Below the pieces are notes generated by a model. That model was not told the origin of the DNA. It saw only the letters and a list, made by a program, of their open reading frames with translations, and did no database searches. A DNA stretch of 64,000 nt from Balanoglossus misakiensis (taxonomy: Eukaryota > Animalia > Hemichordata), in the NCBI GenBank assembly GCA_040954595.2, contig CM082596.2:4271025-4335024 (forward strand). The letters run 5' to 3'. Below are positions 1-15,000 of the stretch, piece by piece. The translations under genes were made by a program, and so were the position numbers. How positions within the stretch are numbered: position 1 is the stretch's first letter; each line of letters opens with the position of its first letter.

Positions 1-67
1 TAACATTGGGTGAAATGTATATGTGCAAGTTCTAAGTTGGCAATTCTCGACAAACTTTGGTGATTTT

Positions 68-3000
68 GTCGAAAAATTGAGGTTTGTGGACGATTTTCAT
101 GAGCTATAACCCATGGTTTTTATCAAAAAATCACCAAAATTTTGAAAATTCGCGAAGTCGAAAAATTGAGGTTTCTGGACGATTTTCATGGGCTATAACC
201 CATGGTTTTTATCAAAAAATGACCAAATTTTGAAAATTCGCGAAGTCGAAAAATTGAGGTTTCTGGACGATTTTCATGAGCTATAACCCATGGTTTTTAT
301 CCAAAAACCACCAAATTTTGAAAATTCGCGAAGTCGAAAAATTGAGGTTTCTGGACGATTTTCATGAGCTATAACCCATGATTTTTATCCAAAAACCACC
401 AAATTTTGAAAATTCGCGAAGTCGAAAAATTGAGGTTTCTGGACGATTTTCATGAGCTATAACCCATGATTTTTATCAAAAAATCACCAAATTTTGAAAA
501 TTTGCGAAGTCGAAAAATTGAGGTTTCTGGACGATTTTCATGAGCTATAACCCATGGTTTTTATCCAAAAACCACCAAATTTTGAAAATTCGCGAAGTCG
601 AAAAATTGAGGTTTCTGGACGATTTTCATGAGCTATAACCCATGGTTTTTATCCAAAAACCACCAAATTTTGAAAATTCGCGAAGTCGAAAAATTGAGGT
701 TTCTGGACGATTTTCATGAGCTATAACCCATGGTTTTTATCCAAAAACCACCAAATTTTGAAAATTCGCGAAGTCGAAAAATTGAGGTTTCTGGACGATT
801 TTCATGAGCTATAACCCATGGTTTTTATCCAAAAACCACCAAATTTTGAAAATTCGCGAAGTCGAAAAATTGAGGTTTCTGGACGATTTTCATGAGCTAT
901 AACCCATGGTTTTTATCCAAAAACCACCAAATTTTGAAAATTCGCGAAGTCGAAAAATTGAGGTTTCTGGACGATTTTCATGAGCTATAACCCATGGTTT
1001 TTATCCAAAAACCACCAAATTTTGAAAATTCGCGAAGTCGAAAAATTGAGGTTTCTGGACGATTTTCATGAGCTATAACCCATGGTTTTTATCCAAAAAC
1101 CACCAAATTTTGAAAATTCGCGAAGTCGAAAAATTGAGGTTTCTGGACGATTTTCATGAGCTATAACCCATGGTTTTTATCCAAAAACCACCAAATTTTG
1201 AAAATTCGCGAAGTCGAAAAGTTGAGGTTTCTGGACGATTTTCATGAGCTAAAACCCATGGTTTTTATCAAAAAACCACCAAATTTTGAAAATTCGCGAA
1301 GTCGAAAAATTGAGGTTTCTGGACGATTTTCATGGGCTATAACCCATGGTTTTTATCAAAAAACCACCAAATTTTGAAAATTCGCGAAGTCGAAAAATTG
1401 AGGTTTCTGGACGATTTTCATGGGCTATAACCCATGGTTTTTATCAAAAAATCACCAAATTTTGAAAATTCGCGAAGTCGAAAAATTGAGGTTTCTGGAC
1501 GATTTTCATGGGCTATAACCCATGGTTTTTATCAAAAAATCACCAAATTTTGAAAATTCGCGAAGTCGAAAAATTGAGGTTTCTGGACGATTTTCACGGG
1601 CTATAACCCATGGTTTTTATCAAAAAATCACCAAATTTTGAAAATTCGCGAAGTCGAAAAATTGAGGTTTCTGGACGATTTTCACGGGCTATAACCCATG
1701 GTTTTTATCAAAAAATCACCAAATTTTGAAAATTCGCGAAGTCGAAAAATTGAGGTATCTGGACGATTTTCATGAGCTATAACCCATGATTTTTATCAAA
1801 AAATCACCAAATTTTAAAAATTCGCGAAGTCGAAAAATTGAGGTTTCTGGACGATTTTCATGGGCTATAACCCATGGTTTTTATCAAAAAATCACCAAAT
1901 GTTGAAAATTCGCGAAGTCGAAAAATTGAGGTTTCTGGACGATTTTCATGAGCTATAACCCATGCTTTTTATCAAAAAATCACCAAATTTTGAAAATTCG
2001 CGAAGTCGAAAAATTGAGGTTTCTGGACGATTTTCATGAGCTATAACCGATGATTTTTATCAAAAAATCACCAAATTTTAAAAATTCGCGAAGTCGAAAA
2101 ATTGAGGTTTCTGGACGATTTTCATGAGCTATAACCCATGATTTTTATCAAAAAATCACCAAATTTTGAAAATTCCGAAGTCGAAAAATTGAGGTTTCTG
2201 GACGATTTTCATGAGCTATAACCCATGATTTTTATCAAAAAATCACCAAATTTTGAAAATTCGCGAAGTCGAAAAATTGAGGTTTCTGGACGATTTTCAT
2301 GAGCTATAACCCATGATTTTTATCAAAAAATCACCAAATTTTAAAAATTCGCGAAGTCGAAAAATTGAGGTTTCTGGACGATTTTCATGGGCTATAACCC
2401 ATGGTTTTTATCAAAAAATCACCAAATTTTGAAAATTCGCGAAGTAGAAAAATTGAGGTTTCTGGACGATTTTCATCAGCTATAACCCATGATTTTTATC
2501 AAAAAATCACCAAATTTTGAAAATTCGCGAAGTCGAAAAATTGAGGTTTCTGGACGATTTTCATGGGCTATAACCCATGGTTTTTATCAAAAAATCACCA
2601 AATTTTAAAAATTCGCGAAGTCGAAAAATTGAGGTTTCTGGACGATTTTCATGGGCTATAACCCATGGTTTTTATCAAAAAATCACCAAATTTTGAAAAT
2701 TCGCGAAGTAGAAAAATTGAGGTTTCTGGACGATTTTCATGAGCTATAACTCATGATTTTTATCAAAAAATCACCAAATTTTGAAAATTCGCGAAGTCGA
2801 AAAATTGAGGTTTCTGGACGATTTTCATGAGCTATAACCCATGATTTTTATCAAAAAATCACCAAATTTTAAAAATTCGCGAAGTCGAAAAATTGAGGTT
2901 TCTGGACGATTTTCATGAGCTATAACCCATGATTTTTATCAAAAAATCACCAAATTTTGAAAATTCCGAAGTCGAAAAATTGAGGTTTCTGGACGATTTT

Positions 3001-6000
3001 CATGAGCTATAACCCATGATTTTTATCAAAAAATCACCAAATTTTGAAAATTCGCGAAGTCGAAAAATTGAGGTTTCTGGACGATTTTCATGAGCTATAA
3101 CCCATGATTTTTATCAAAAAATCACCAAATTTTGAAAATTCGCGAAGTCGAAAAATTGAGGTTTCTGGACGATTTTCATGAGCTATAACCCATGATTTTT
3201 ATCAAAAAATCACCAAATTTTGAAAATTCGCGAAGTCGAAAAATTGAGGTTTCTGGACGATTTTCATGAGCTATAACCCATGATTTTTATCAAAAAATCA
3301 CCAAATTTTGAAAATTCTCGAAGTCGAAAAATTGAGGTTTCTGGACGATTTTCATGAGCTATAACCCATGATTTTTATCAAAAAATCACCAAATTTTAAA
3401 AATTCGCGAAGTCGAAAAATTGAGGTTTCTGGACGATTTTCATGAGCTATAACCCATGATTTTTATCAAAAAATCACCAAATTTTAAAAATTCGCGAAGT
3501 CGAAAAATTGAGGTTTCTGGACGATTTTCATGGGCTATAACCCATGGTTTTTATCAAAAAATCACCAAATTTTGAAAATTCGCGAAGTAGAAAAATTGAG
3601 GTTTCTGGACGATTTTCATGAGCTATAACTCATGATTTTTATCAAAAAATCACCAAATTTTGAAAATTCGCGAAGTCGAAAAATTGAGGTTTCTGGACGA
3701 TTTTCATGAGCTATAACCCATGATTTTTATCAAAAAATCACCAAATTTTAAAAATTCGCGAAGTCGAAAAATTGAGGTTTCTGGACGATTTTCATGAGCT
3801 ATAACCCATGATTTTTATCAAAAAATCACCAAATTTTGAAAATTCCGAAGTCGAAAAATTGAGGTTTCTGGACGATTTTCATGAGCTATAACCCATGATT
3901 TTTATCAAAAAATCACCAAATTTTGAAAATTCGCGAAGTCGAAAAATTGAGGTTTCTGGACGATTTTCATGAGCTATAACCCATGATTTTTATCAAAAAA
4001 TCACCAAATTTTGAAAATTCGCGAAGTCGAAAAATTGAGGTTTCTGGACGATTTTCATGAGCTATAACCCATGATTTTTATCAAAAAATCACCAAATTTT
4101 GAAAATTCCGAAGTCGAAAAATTGAGGTTTCTGGACGATTTTCATGAGCTATAACCCATGATTTTTATCAAAAAATCACCAAATTTTGAAAATTCGCGAA
4201 GTCGAAAAATTGAGGTTTCTGGACGATTTTCATGAGCTATAACCCATGATTTTTATCAAAAAATCACCAAATTTTGAAAATTCGCGAAGTCGAAAAATTG
4301 AGGTTTCTGGACGATTTTCATGAGCTATAACCCATGATTTTTATCAAAAAATCACCAAATTTTGAAAATTCGCGAAGTCGAAAAATTGAGGTTTCTGGAC
4401 GATTTTCATGAGCTATAACCCATGATTTTTATCAAAAAATCACCAAATTTTGAAAATTCGCGAAGTCGAAAAATTGAGGTTTCTGGACGATTTTCATGGG
4501 CTATAACCCATGATTTTTATCAAAAAATCACCAAATTTTGAAAATTCGCGAAGTCGAAAAATTGAGGTTTCTGGACGATTTTCATGAGCTATAACCCATG
4601 ATTTTTATCAAAAAATCACCAAATTTTGAAAATTCGCAAAGTCGAAAAATTGAGGTTTCTGGACGATTTTCATGAGCTATAACCCATGATTTTTATCAAA
4701 AAATCACCAAATTTTAAAAATTCGCGAAGTCGAAAAATTGAGGTTTCTGGACGATTTTCATGAGCTATAACCCATGATTTTTATCAAAAAATCACCAAAT
4801 TTTGAAAATTCCGAAGTCGAAAAATTGAGGTTTCTGGACGATTTTCATGAGCTATAACCCATGATTTTTATCAAAAAATCACCAAATTTTGAAAATTTGC
4901 GAAGTCGAAAAATTGAGGTTTCTGGACGATTTTCATGAGCTATAACCCATGATTTTTATCAAAAAATCACCAAATTTTAAAAATTCGCAAAGTCGAAAAA
5001 TTGAGGTTTCTGGACGATTTTCATGAGCTATAACCCATGATTTTTATCAAAAAATCACCAAATTTTGAAAATTCCGAAGTCGAAAAATTGAGGTTTCTGG
5101 ACGATTTTCATGAGCTATAACCCATGATTTTTATCAAAAAATCACCAAATTTTGAAAATTCGCGAAGTCGAAAAATTGAGGTTTCTGGACGATTTTCATG
5201 AGCTATAACCCATGATTTTTATCAAAAAATCACCAAATTTTAAAAATTCGCAAAGTCGAAAAATTGAGGTTTCTGGACGATTTTCATGAGCTATAACCCA
5301 TGATTTTTATCAAAAAATCACCAAATTTTGAAAATTCCGAAGTCGAAAAATTGAGGTTTCTGGACGATTTTCATGAGCTATAACCCATGATTTTTATCAA
5401 AAAATCACCAAATTTTGAAAATTCGCGAAGTCGAAAAATTGAGGTTTCTGGACGATTTTCATGAGCTATAACCCATGATTTTTATCAAAAAATCACCAAA
5501 TTTTAAAAATTCGCGAAGTCGAAAAATTGAGGTTTCTGGACGATTTTCATGGGCTATAACCCATGGTTTTTATCAAAAAATCACCAAATTTTGAAAATTC
5601 GCGAAGTAGAAAAATTGAGGTTTCTGGACGATTTTCATGAGCTATAACCCATGATTTTTATCAAAAAATCACCAAATTTTGAAAATTCGCGAAGTCGAAA
5701 AATTGAGGTTTCTGGACGATTTTCATGAGCTATAACCCATGATTTTTATCAAAAAATCACCAAATTTTAAAAATTCGCGAAGTCGAAAAATTGAGGTTTC
5801 TGGACGATTTTCATGAGCTATAACCCATGATTTTTATCATAAAATCACCAAATTTTGAAAATTCCGAAGTCGAAAAATTGAGGTTTCTGGACGATTTTCA
5901 TGAGCTATAACCCATGATTTTTATCAAAAAATCACCAAATTTTAAAAATTCGCGAAATCGAAAAATTGAGGTTTCTGGACGATTTTCATGAGCTATAACC

Positions 6001-9000
6001 CATGATTTTTATCAAAAAATCACCAAATTTTAAAAATCGCGAAGTCGAAAAATTGAGGTTTCTGGACGATTTTCATGGGCTATAACCCATGGTTTTTATC
6101 AAAAAATCACCAAATTTTAAAAATTCGCGAAGTCGAAAAATTGAGGTTTCTGGACGATTTTCATGAGCTATAACCCATGATTTTTATCAAAAAATCACCA
6201 AATTTTAAAAATTCGCGAAGTCGAAAAATTGAGGTTTCTGGACGATTTTCATGAGCTATAACCCATGATTTTTATCAAAAAATCACCAAATTTTGAAAAT
6301 TCGCGAAGTCGAAAAATTGAGGTTTCTGGACGATTTTCATGAGCTATAACCCATGATTTTTATCAAAAAATCACCAAATTTTAAAAATTCGCGAAGTCGA
6401 AAAATTGAGGTTTCTGGACGATTTTCATGGGCTATAACCCATGATTTTTTTCAAAAAATCACCAAATTTTGAAAATTCGCGAAGTCGAAAAATTGAGGTT
6501 TCTGGACGATTTTCATGAGCTATAACCCATGATTTTTATCAAAAAATCACCAAATTTTGAAAATTCGCGAAGTCGAAAAATTGAGGTTTCTGGACGATTT
6601 TCATGAGCTATAACCCATGATTTTTATCAAAAAATCACCAAATTTTAAAAATTCGCGAAGTCGAAAAATTGAGGTTTCTGGACGATTTTCATGAGCTATA
6701 ACCCATGATTTTTATCAAAAAATCACCAAATTTGTAAAATTCCGAAGTAGAAAAATTGAGGTTTCTGGACGATTTTCATGAGCTATAACCCATGATTTTT
6801 ATCAAAAAATCACCAAATTTTGAAAATTCGCGAAGTCGAAAAATTGAGGTTTCTGGACGATTTTCATGAGCTATAACCCATGATTTTTATCAAAAATCAC
6901 CAAATTTTAAAATTCGCGAAGTCGAAAAATTGAGGTTTCTGGACGATTTTCATGGGCTATAACCCATGGTTTTTATCAAAAAATCACCAAATTTTGAAAA
7001 TTCGCGAAGTCGAAAAATTGAGGTTTCTGGACGATTTTCATGAGCTATAACCCATGATTTTTATCAAAAAATCACCTAATTTTGAAAATTCGCGAAGTCG
7101 AAAAATTGAAGTTTCTGGACGATTTTCATGGGCTATAACACATGATTTTTATCAAAAAATCACCAAATTTTGAAAATTCGCGAAGTCGAAAAATTGAGGT
7201 TTCTGGACGATTTTCATGAGCTATAACCCATGATTTTTATCAAAAAATCACCAAATTTTAAAAATTCGCGAAGTCGAAAAATTGAGGTTTCTGGACGATT
7301 TTCATGAGCTATAACCCATGATTTTTATCAAAAAATCACCAAATTTTGAAATTCCGAAGTCGAAAAATTGAGGTTTCTGGACGATTTTCATGAGCTATAA
7401 CCCATGATTTTTATCAAAAAATCACCAAATTTTGAAAATTCTCGAATTCGAAAAATTGAGGTTTCTGGACGATTTTCATGGGCTATAACCCATGGTTTTT
7501 ATCAGAAAATGACCAGATTTTGAAAATTCGCGAAGTCGAAAAATTGAGGTTTCTGGACGATTTTCATGGGCTATAACCCATGGTTTTTATCAAAAAATCA
7601 CCAAATTTTAAAAATTCGCGAAGTCGAAAAATTGAGGTTTCTGGACGATTTTCATGAGCTATAACCCATGGTTTTTATCAAAAAATCACCAAATTTTAAA
7701 AATTCGCGAAGTCCAAAAATTGAGGTTTCTGGACGATTTTCATGAGCTATAACCCATGATTTTTATCAAAAAATCACCAAATTTTAAAAATTCGCGAAGT
7801 CGAAAAATTGAGGTTTCTGGACGATTTTCATGAGCTATAACCCATGATTTTTATCAAAAAATCACCAAATTTTGAAAATTCCGAAGTCGAAAAATTGAGG
7901 TTTCTGGACGATTTTCACGAGCTATAACCCATGATTTTTATCAAAAAATCACCAAATTTTGAAAATTCCGAAGTCGAAAAATTGAGGTTTCTGGACGATT
8001 TTCATGAGCTATAACCCATGATTTTTATCAAAAAATCACCAAATTTTGAAAATTCGCGAAGTCGAAAAATTGAGGTTTCTGGACGATTTTCATGAGCTAT
8101 AACCCATGATTTTTATCAAAAAATCACCAAATTTTAAAATCGCGAAGTCGAAAAATTGAGGTTTCTGGACGATTTTCATGGGCTATAACCCATGGTTTTT
8201 ATCAAAAAATCACCAAATTTTGAAAATTCGCGAAGTCGAAAAATTGAGGTTTCTGGACGATTTTCATGGGCTATAACCCATGGTTTTTATCAAAAAATCA
8301 CCAAATTTTAAAAATTCGCGAAGTCGAAAAATTGAGGTTTCTGGACGATTTTCATGGGCTATAACCCATGGTTTTTATCAAAAAATCACCAAATTTTGAA
8401 AATTCGCGAAGTCGAAAAATTGAGGTTTCTGGACGATTTTCATGAGCTATAACCCATGATTTTTATCAAAAAATCACCAAATTTTGAAAATTCCGAAGTC
8501 GAAAAATTGAGGTTTCTGGACGATTTTCATGAGCTATAACCCATGATTTTTATCAAAAAATCACCAAATTTTGAAAATTCGCGAAGTCGAAAAATTGAGG
8601 TTTCTGGACGATTTTCATGAGCTATAACCCATGATTTTTATCAAAAAATCACCAAATTTTAAAAATTCGCGAAGTCGAAAAATTGAGGTTTCTGGACGAT
8701 TTTCATGGGCTATAACCCATGGTTTTTATCAAAAAATCACCAAATTTTGAAAATTCGCGAAGTAGAAAAATTGAGGTTTCTGGACGATTTTCATGAGCTA
8801 TAACCCATGATTTTTATCAAAAAATCACCAAATTTTGAAAATTCGCGAAGTCGAAAAATTGAGGTTTCTGGACGATTTTCATGAGCTATAACCCATGATT
8901 TTTATCAAAAAATCACCAAATTTTAAAAATTCGCGAAGTCGAAAAATTGAGGTTTCTGGACGATTTTCATGAGCTATAACCCATGATTTTTATCATAAAA

Positions 9001-12000
9001 TCACCAAATTTTGAAAATTCCGAAGTCGAAAAATTGAGGTTTCTGGACGATTTTCATGAGCTATAACCCATGATTTTTATCAAAAAATCACCAAATTTTA
9101 AAAATTCGCGAAATCGAAAAATTGAGGTTTCTGGACGATTTTCATGAGCTATAACCCATGATTTTTATCAAAAAATCACCAAATTTTAAAAATCGCGAAG
9201 TCGAAAAATTGAGGTTTCTGGACGATTTTCATGGGCTATAACCCATGGTTTTTATCAAAAAATCACCAAATTTTAAAAATTCGCGAAGTCGAAAAATTGA
9301 GGTTTCTGGACGATTTTCATGAGCTATAACCCATGATTTTTATCAAAAAATCACCAAATTTTGAAAATTCGCGAAGTCGAAAAATTGAGGTTTCTGGACG
9401 ATTTTCATGAGCTATAACCCATGATTTTTATCAAAAAATCACCAAATTTTAAAAATTCGCGAAGTCGAAAAATTGAGGTTTCTGGACGATTTTCATGGGC
9501 TATAACCCATGGTTTTTATCAAAAAATCACCAAATTTTAAAAATTCGCGAAGTCGAAAAATTGAGGTTTCTGGACGATTTTCATGGGCTATAACCCATGG
9601 TTTTTATCAAAAAATCACCAAATTTTGAAAATTCGCGAAGTCGAAAAATTGAGGTTTCTGGACGATTTTCATGAGCTATAACCCATGATTTTTATCAAAA
9701 AATCACCAAATTTTAAAAATTCGCGAAGTCGAAAAATTGAGGTTTCTGGACGATTTTCATGGGCTATAACCCATGGTTTTTATCAAAAAATCACCAAATT
9801 TTGAAAATTCGCGAAGTAGAAAAATTGAGGTTTCTGGACGATTTTCATGAGCTATAACCCATGATTTTTATCAAAAAATCACCAAATTTTGAAAATTCGC
9901 GAAGTCGAAAAATTGAGGTTTCTGGACGATTTTCATGAGCTATAACCCATGATTTTTATCAAAAAATCACCAAATTTTAAAAATTCGCGAAGTCGAAAAA
10001 TTGAGGTTTCTGGACGATTTTCATGAGCTATAACCCATGATTTTTATCATAAAATCACCAAATTTTGAAAATTCCGAAGTCGAAAAATTGAGGTTTCTGG
10101 ACGATTTTCATGAGCTATAACCCATGATTTTTATCAAAAAATCACCAAATTTTAAAAATTCGCGAAATCGAAAAATTGAGGTTTCTGGACGATTTTCATG
10201 AGCTATAACCCATGATTTTTATCAAAAAATCACCAAATTTTAAAAATCGCGAAGTCGAAAAATTGAGGTTTCTGGACGATTTTCATGGGCTATAACCCAT
10301 GGTTTTTATCAAAAAATCACCAAATTTTAAAAATTCGCGAAGTCGAAAAATTGAGGTTTCTGGACGATTTTCATGAGCTATAACCCATGATTTTTATCAA
10401 AAAATCACCAAATTTTAAAAATTCGCGAAGTCGAAAAATTGAGGTTTCTGGACGATTTTCATGAGCTATAACCCATGATTTTTATCAAAAAATCACCAAA
10501 TTTTGAAAATTCGCGAAGTCGAAAAATTGAGGTTTCTGGACGATTTTCATGAGCTATAACCCATGATTTTTATCAAAAAATCACCAAATTTTAAAAATTC
10601 GCGAAGTCGAAAAATTGAGGTTTCTGGACGATTTTCATGGGCTATAACCCATGATTTTTTTCAAAAAATCACCAAATTTTGAAAATTCGCGAAGTCGAAA
10701 AATTGAGGTTTCTGGACGATTTTCATGAGCTATAACCCATGATTTTTATCAAAAAATCACCAAATTTTGAAAATTCGCGAAGTCGAAAAATTGAGGTTTC
10801 TGGACGATTTTCATGAGCTATAACCCATGATTTTTATCAAAAAATCACCAAATTTTAAAAATTCGCGAAGTCGAAAAATTGAGGTTTCTGGACGATTTTC
10901 ATGAGCTATAACCCATGATTTTTATCAAAAAATCACCAAATTTGTAAAATTCCGAAGTAGAAAAATTGAGGTTTCTGGACGATTTTCATGAGCTATAACC
11001 CATGATTTTTATCAAAAAATCACCAAATTTTGAAAATTCGCGAAGTCGAAAAATTGAGGTTTCTGGACGATTTTCATGAGCTATAACCCATGATTTTTAT
11101 CAAAAATCACCAAATTTTAAAATTCGCGAAGTCGAAAAATTGAGGTTTCTGGACGATTTTCATGGGCTATAACCCATGGTTTTTATCAAAAAATCACCAA
11201 ATTTTGAAAATTCGCGAAGTCGAAAAATTGAGGTTTCTGGACGATTTTCATGAGCTATAACCCATGATTTTTATCAAAAAATCACCTAATTTTGAAAATT
11301 CGCGAAGTCGAAAAATTGAAGTTTCTGGACGATTTTCATGGGCTATAACACATGATTTTTATCAAAAAATCACCAAATTTTGAAAATTCGCGAAGTCGAA
11401 AAATTGAGGTTTCTGGACGATTTTCATGAGCTATAACCCATGATTTTTATCAAAAAATCACCAAATTTTAAAAATTCGCGAAGTCGAAAAATTGAGGTTT
11501 CTGGACGATTTTCATGAGCTATAACCCATGATTTTTATCAAAAAATCACCAAATTTTGAAAATTCCGAAGTCGAAAAATTGAGGTTTCTGGACGATTTTC
11601 ATGAGCTATAACCCATGATTTTTATCAAAAAATCACCAAATTTTGAAAATTCTCGAATTCGAAAAATTGAGGTTTCTGGACGATTTTCATGGGCTATAAC
11701 CCATGGTTTTTATCAGAAAATGACCAGATTTTGAAAATTCGCGAAGTCGAAAAATTGAGGTTTCTGGACGATTTTCATGGGCTATAACCCATGGTTTTTA
11801 TCAAAAAATCACCAAATTTTAAAAATTCGCGAAGTCGAAAAATTGAGGTTTCTGGACGATTTTCATGAGCTATAACCCATGGTTTTTATCAAAAAATCAC
11901 CAAATTTTAAAAATTCGCGAAGTCCAAAAATTGAGGTTTCTGGACGATTTTCATGAGCTATAACCCATGATTTTTATCAAAAAATCACCAAATTTTAAAA

Positions 12001-15000
12001 ATTCGCGAAGTCGAAAAATTGAGGTTTCTGGACGATTTTCATGAGCTATAACCCATGATTTTTATCAAAAAATCACCAAATTTTGAAAATTCCGAAGTCG
12101 AAAAATTGAGGTTTCTGGACGATTTTCATGAGCTATAACCCATGATTTTTATCAAAAAATCACCAAATTTTGAAAATTCCGAAGTCGAAAAATTGAGGTT
12201 TCTGGACGATTTTCATGAGCTATAACCCATGATTTTTATCAAAAAATCACCAAATTTTGAAAATTCGCGAAGTCGAAAAATTGAGGTTTCTGGACGATTT
12301 TCATGAGCTATAACCCATGATTTTTATCAAAAAATCACCAAATTTTAAAATCGCGAAGTCGAAAAATTGAGGTTTCTGGACGATTTTCATGGGCTATAAC
12401 CCATGGTTTTTATCAAAAAATCACCAAATTTTGAAAATTCGCGAAGTCGAAAAATTGAGGTTTCTGGACGATTTTCATGGGCTATAACCCATGGTTTTTA
12501 TCAAAAAATCACCAAATTTTAAAAATTCGCGAAGTCGAAAAATTGAGGTTTCTGGACGATTTTCATGGGCTATAACCCATGGTTTTTATCAAAAAATCAC
12601 CAAATTTTGAAAATTCGCGAAGTCGAAAAATTGAGGTTTCTGGACGATTTTCATGAGCTATAACCCATGATTTTTATCAAAAAATCACCAAATTTTGAAA
12701 ATTCCGAAGTCGAAAAATTGAGGTTTCTGGACGATTTTCATGAGCTATAACCCATGATTTTTATCAAAAAATCACCAAATTTTGAAAATTCGCGAAGTCG
12801 AAAAATTGAGGTTTCTGGACGATTTTCATGAGCTATAACCCATGATTTTTATCAAAAAATCACCAAATTTTAAAAATTCGCGAAGTCGAAAAATTGAGGT
12901 TTCTGGACGATTTTCATGGGCTATAACCCATGGTTTTTATCAAAAAATCACCAAATTTTGAAAATTCGCGAAGTAGAAAAATTGAGGTTTCTGGACGATT
13001 TTCATGAGCTATAACCCATGATTTTTATCAAAAAATCACCAAATTTTGAAAATTCGCGAAGTCGAAAAATTGAGGTTTCTGGACGATTTTCATGAGCTAT
13101 AACCCATGATTTTTATCAAAAAATCACCAAATTTTAAAAATTCGCGAAGTCGAAAAATTGAGGTTTCTGGACGATTTTCATGAGCTATAACCCATGATTT
13201 TTATCATAAAATCACCAAATTTTGAAAATTCCGAAGTCGAAAAATTGAGGTTTCTGGACGATTTTCATGAGCTATAACCCATGATTTTTATCAAAAAATC
13301 ACCAAATTTTAAAAATTCGCGAAATCGAAAAATTGAGGTTTCTGGACGATTTTCATGAGCTATAACCCATGATTTTTATCAAAAAATCACCAAATTTTAA
13401 AAATCGCGAAGTCGAAAAATTGAGGTTTCTGGACGATTTTCATGGGCTATAACCCATGGTTTTTATCAAAAAATCACCAAATTTTAAAAATTCGCGAAGT
13501 CGAAAAATTGAGGTTTCTGGACGATTTTCATGAGCTATAACCCATGATTTTTATCAAAAAATCACCAAATTTTAAAAATTCGCGAAGTCGAAAAATTGAG
13601 GTTTCTGGACGATTTTCATGAGCTATAACCCATGATTTTTATCAAAAAATCACCAAATTTTGAAAATTCGCGAAGTCGAAAAATTGAGGTTTCTGGACGA
13701 TTTTCATGAGCTATAACCCATGATTTTTATCAAAAAATCACCAAATTTTAAAAATTCGCGAAGTCGAAAAATTGAGGTTTCTGGACGATTTTCATGGGCT
13801 ATAACCCATGATTTTTTTCAAAAAATCACCAAATTTTGAAAATTCGCGAAGTCGAAAAATTGAGGTTTCTGGACGATTTTCATGAGCTATAACCCATGAT
13901 TTTTATCAAAAAATCACCAAATTTTGAAAATTCGCGAAGTCGAAAAATTGAGGTTTCTGGACGATTTTCATGAGCTATAACCCATGATTTTTATCAAAAA
14001 ATCACCAAATTTTAAAAATTCGCGAAGTCGAAAAATTGAGGTTTCTGGACGATTTTCATGAGCTATAACCCATGATTTTTATCAAAAAATCACCAAATTT
14101 TGAAAATTCCGAAGTCGAAAAATTGAGGTTTCTGGACGATTTTCATGAGCTATAACCCATGATTTTTATCAAAAAATCACCAAATTTTGAAAATTCGCGA
14201 AGTCGAAAAATTGAGGTTTCTGGACGATTTTCATGAGCTATAACCCATGATTTTTATCAAAAAATCACCAAATTTTAAAAATTCGCGAAGTCGAAAAATT
14301 GAGGTTTCTGGACGATTTTCATGGGCTATAACCCATGGTTTTTATCAAAAAATCACCAAATTTTGAAAATTCGCGAAGTAGAAAAATTGAGGTTTCTGGA
14401 CGATTTTCATGAGCTATAACCCATGATTTTTATCAAAAAATCACCAAATTTTGAAAATTCGCGAAGTCGAAAAATTGAGGTTTCTGGACGATTTTCATGA
14501 GCTATAACCCATGATTTTTATCATAAAATCACCAAATTTTGAAAATTCCGAAGTCGAAAAATTGAGGTTTCTGGACGATTTTCATGAGCTATAACCCATG
14601 ATTTTTATCAAAAAATCACCAAATTTTAAAAATTCGCGAAATCGAAAAATTGAGGTTTCTGGACGATTTTCATGAGCTATAACCCATGATTTTTATCAAA
14701 AAATCACCAAATTTTAAAAATCGCGAAGTCGAAAAATTGAGGTTTCTGGACGATTTTCATGGGCTATAACCCATGGTTTTTATCAAAAAATCACCAAATT
14801 TTAAAAATTCGCGAAGTCGAAAAATTGAGGTTTCTGGACGATTTTCATGAGCTATAACCCATGATTTTTATCAAAAAATCACCAAATTTTAAAAATTCGC
14901 GAAGTCGAAAAATTGAGGTTTCTGGACGATTTTCATGAGCTATAACCCATGATTTTTATCAAAAAATCACCAAATTTTGAAAATTCGCGAAGTCGAAAAA

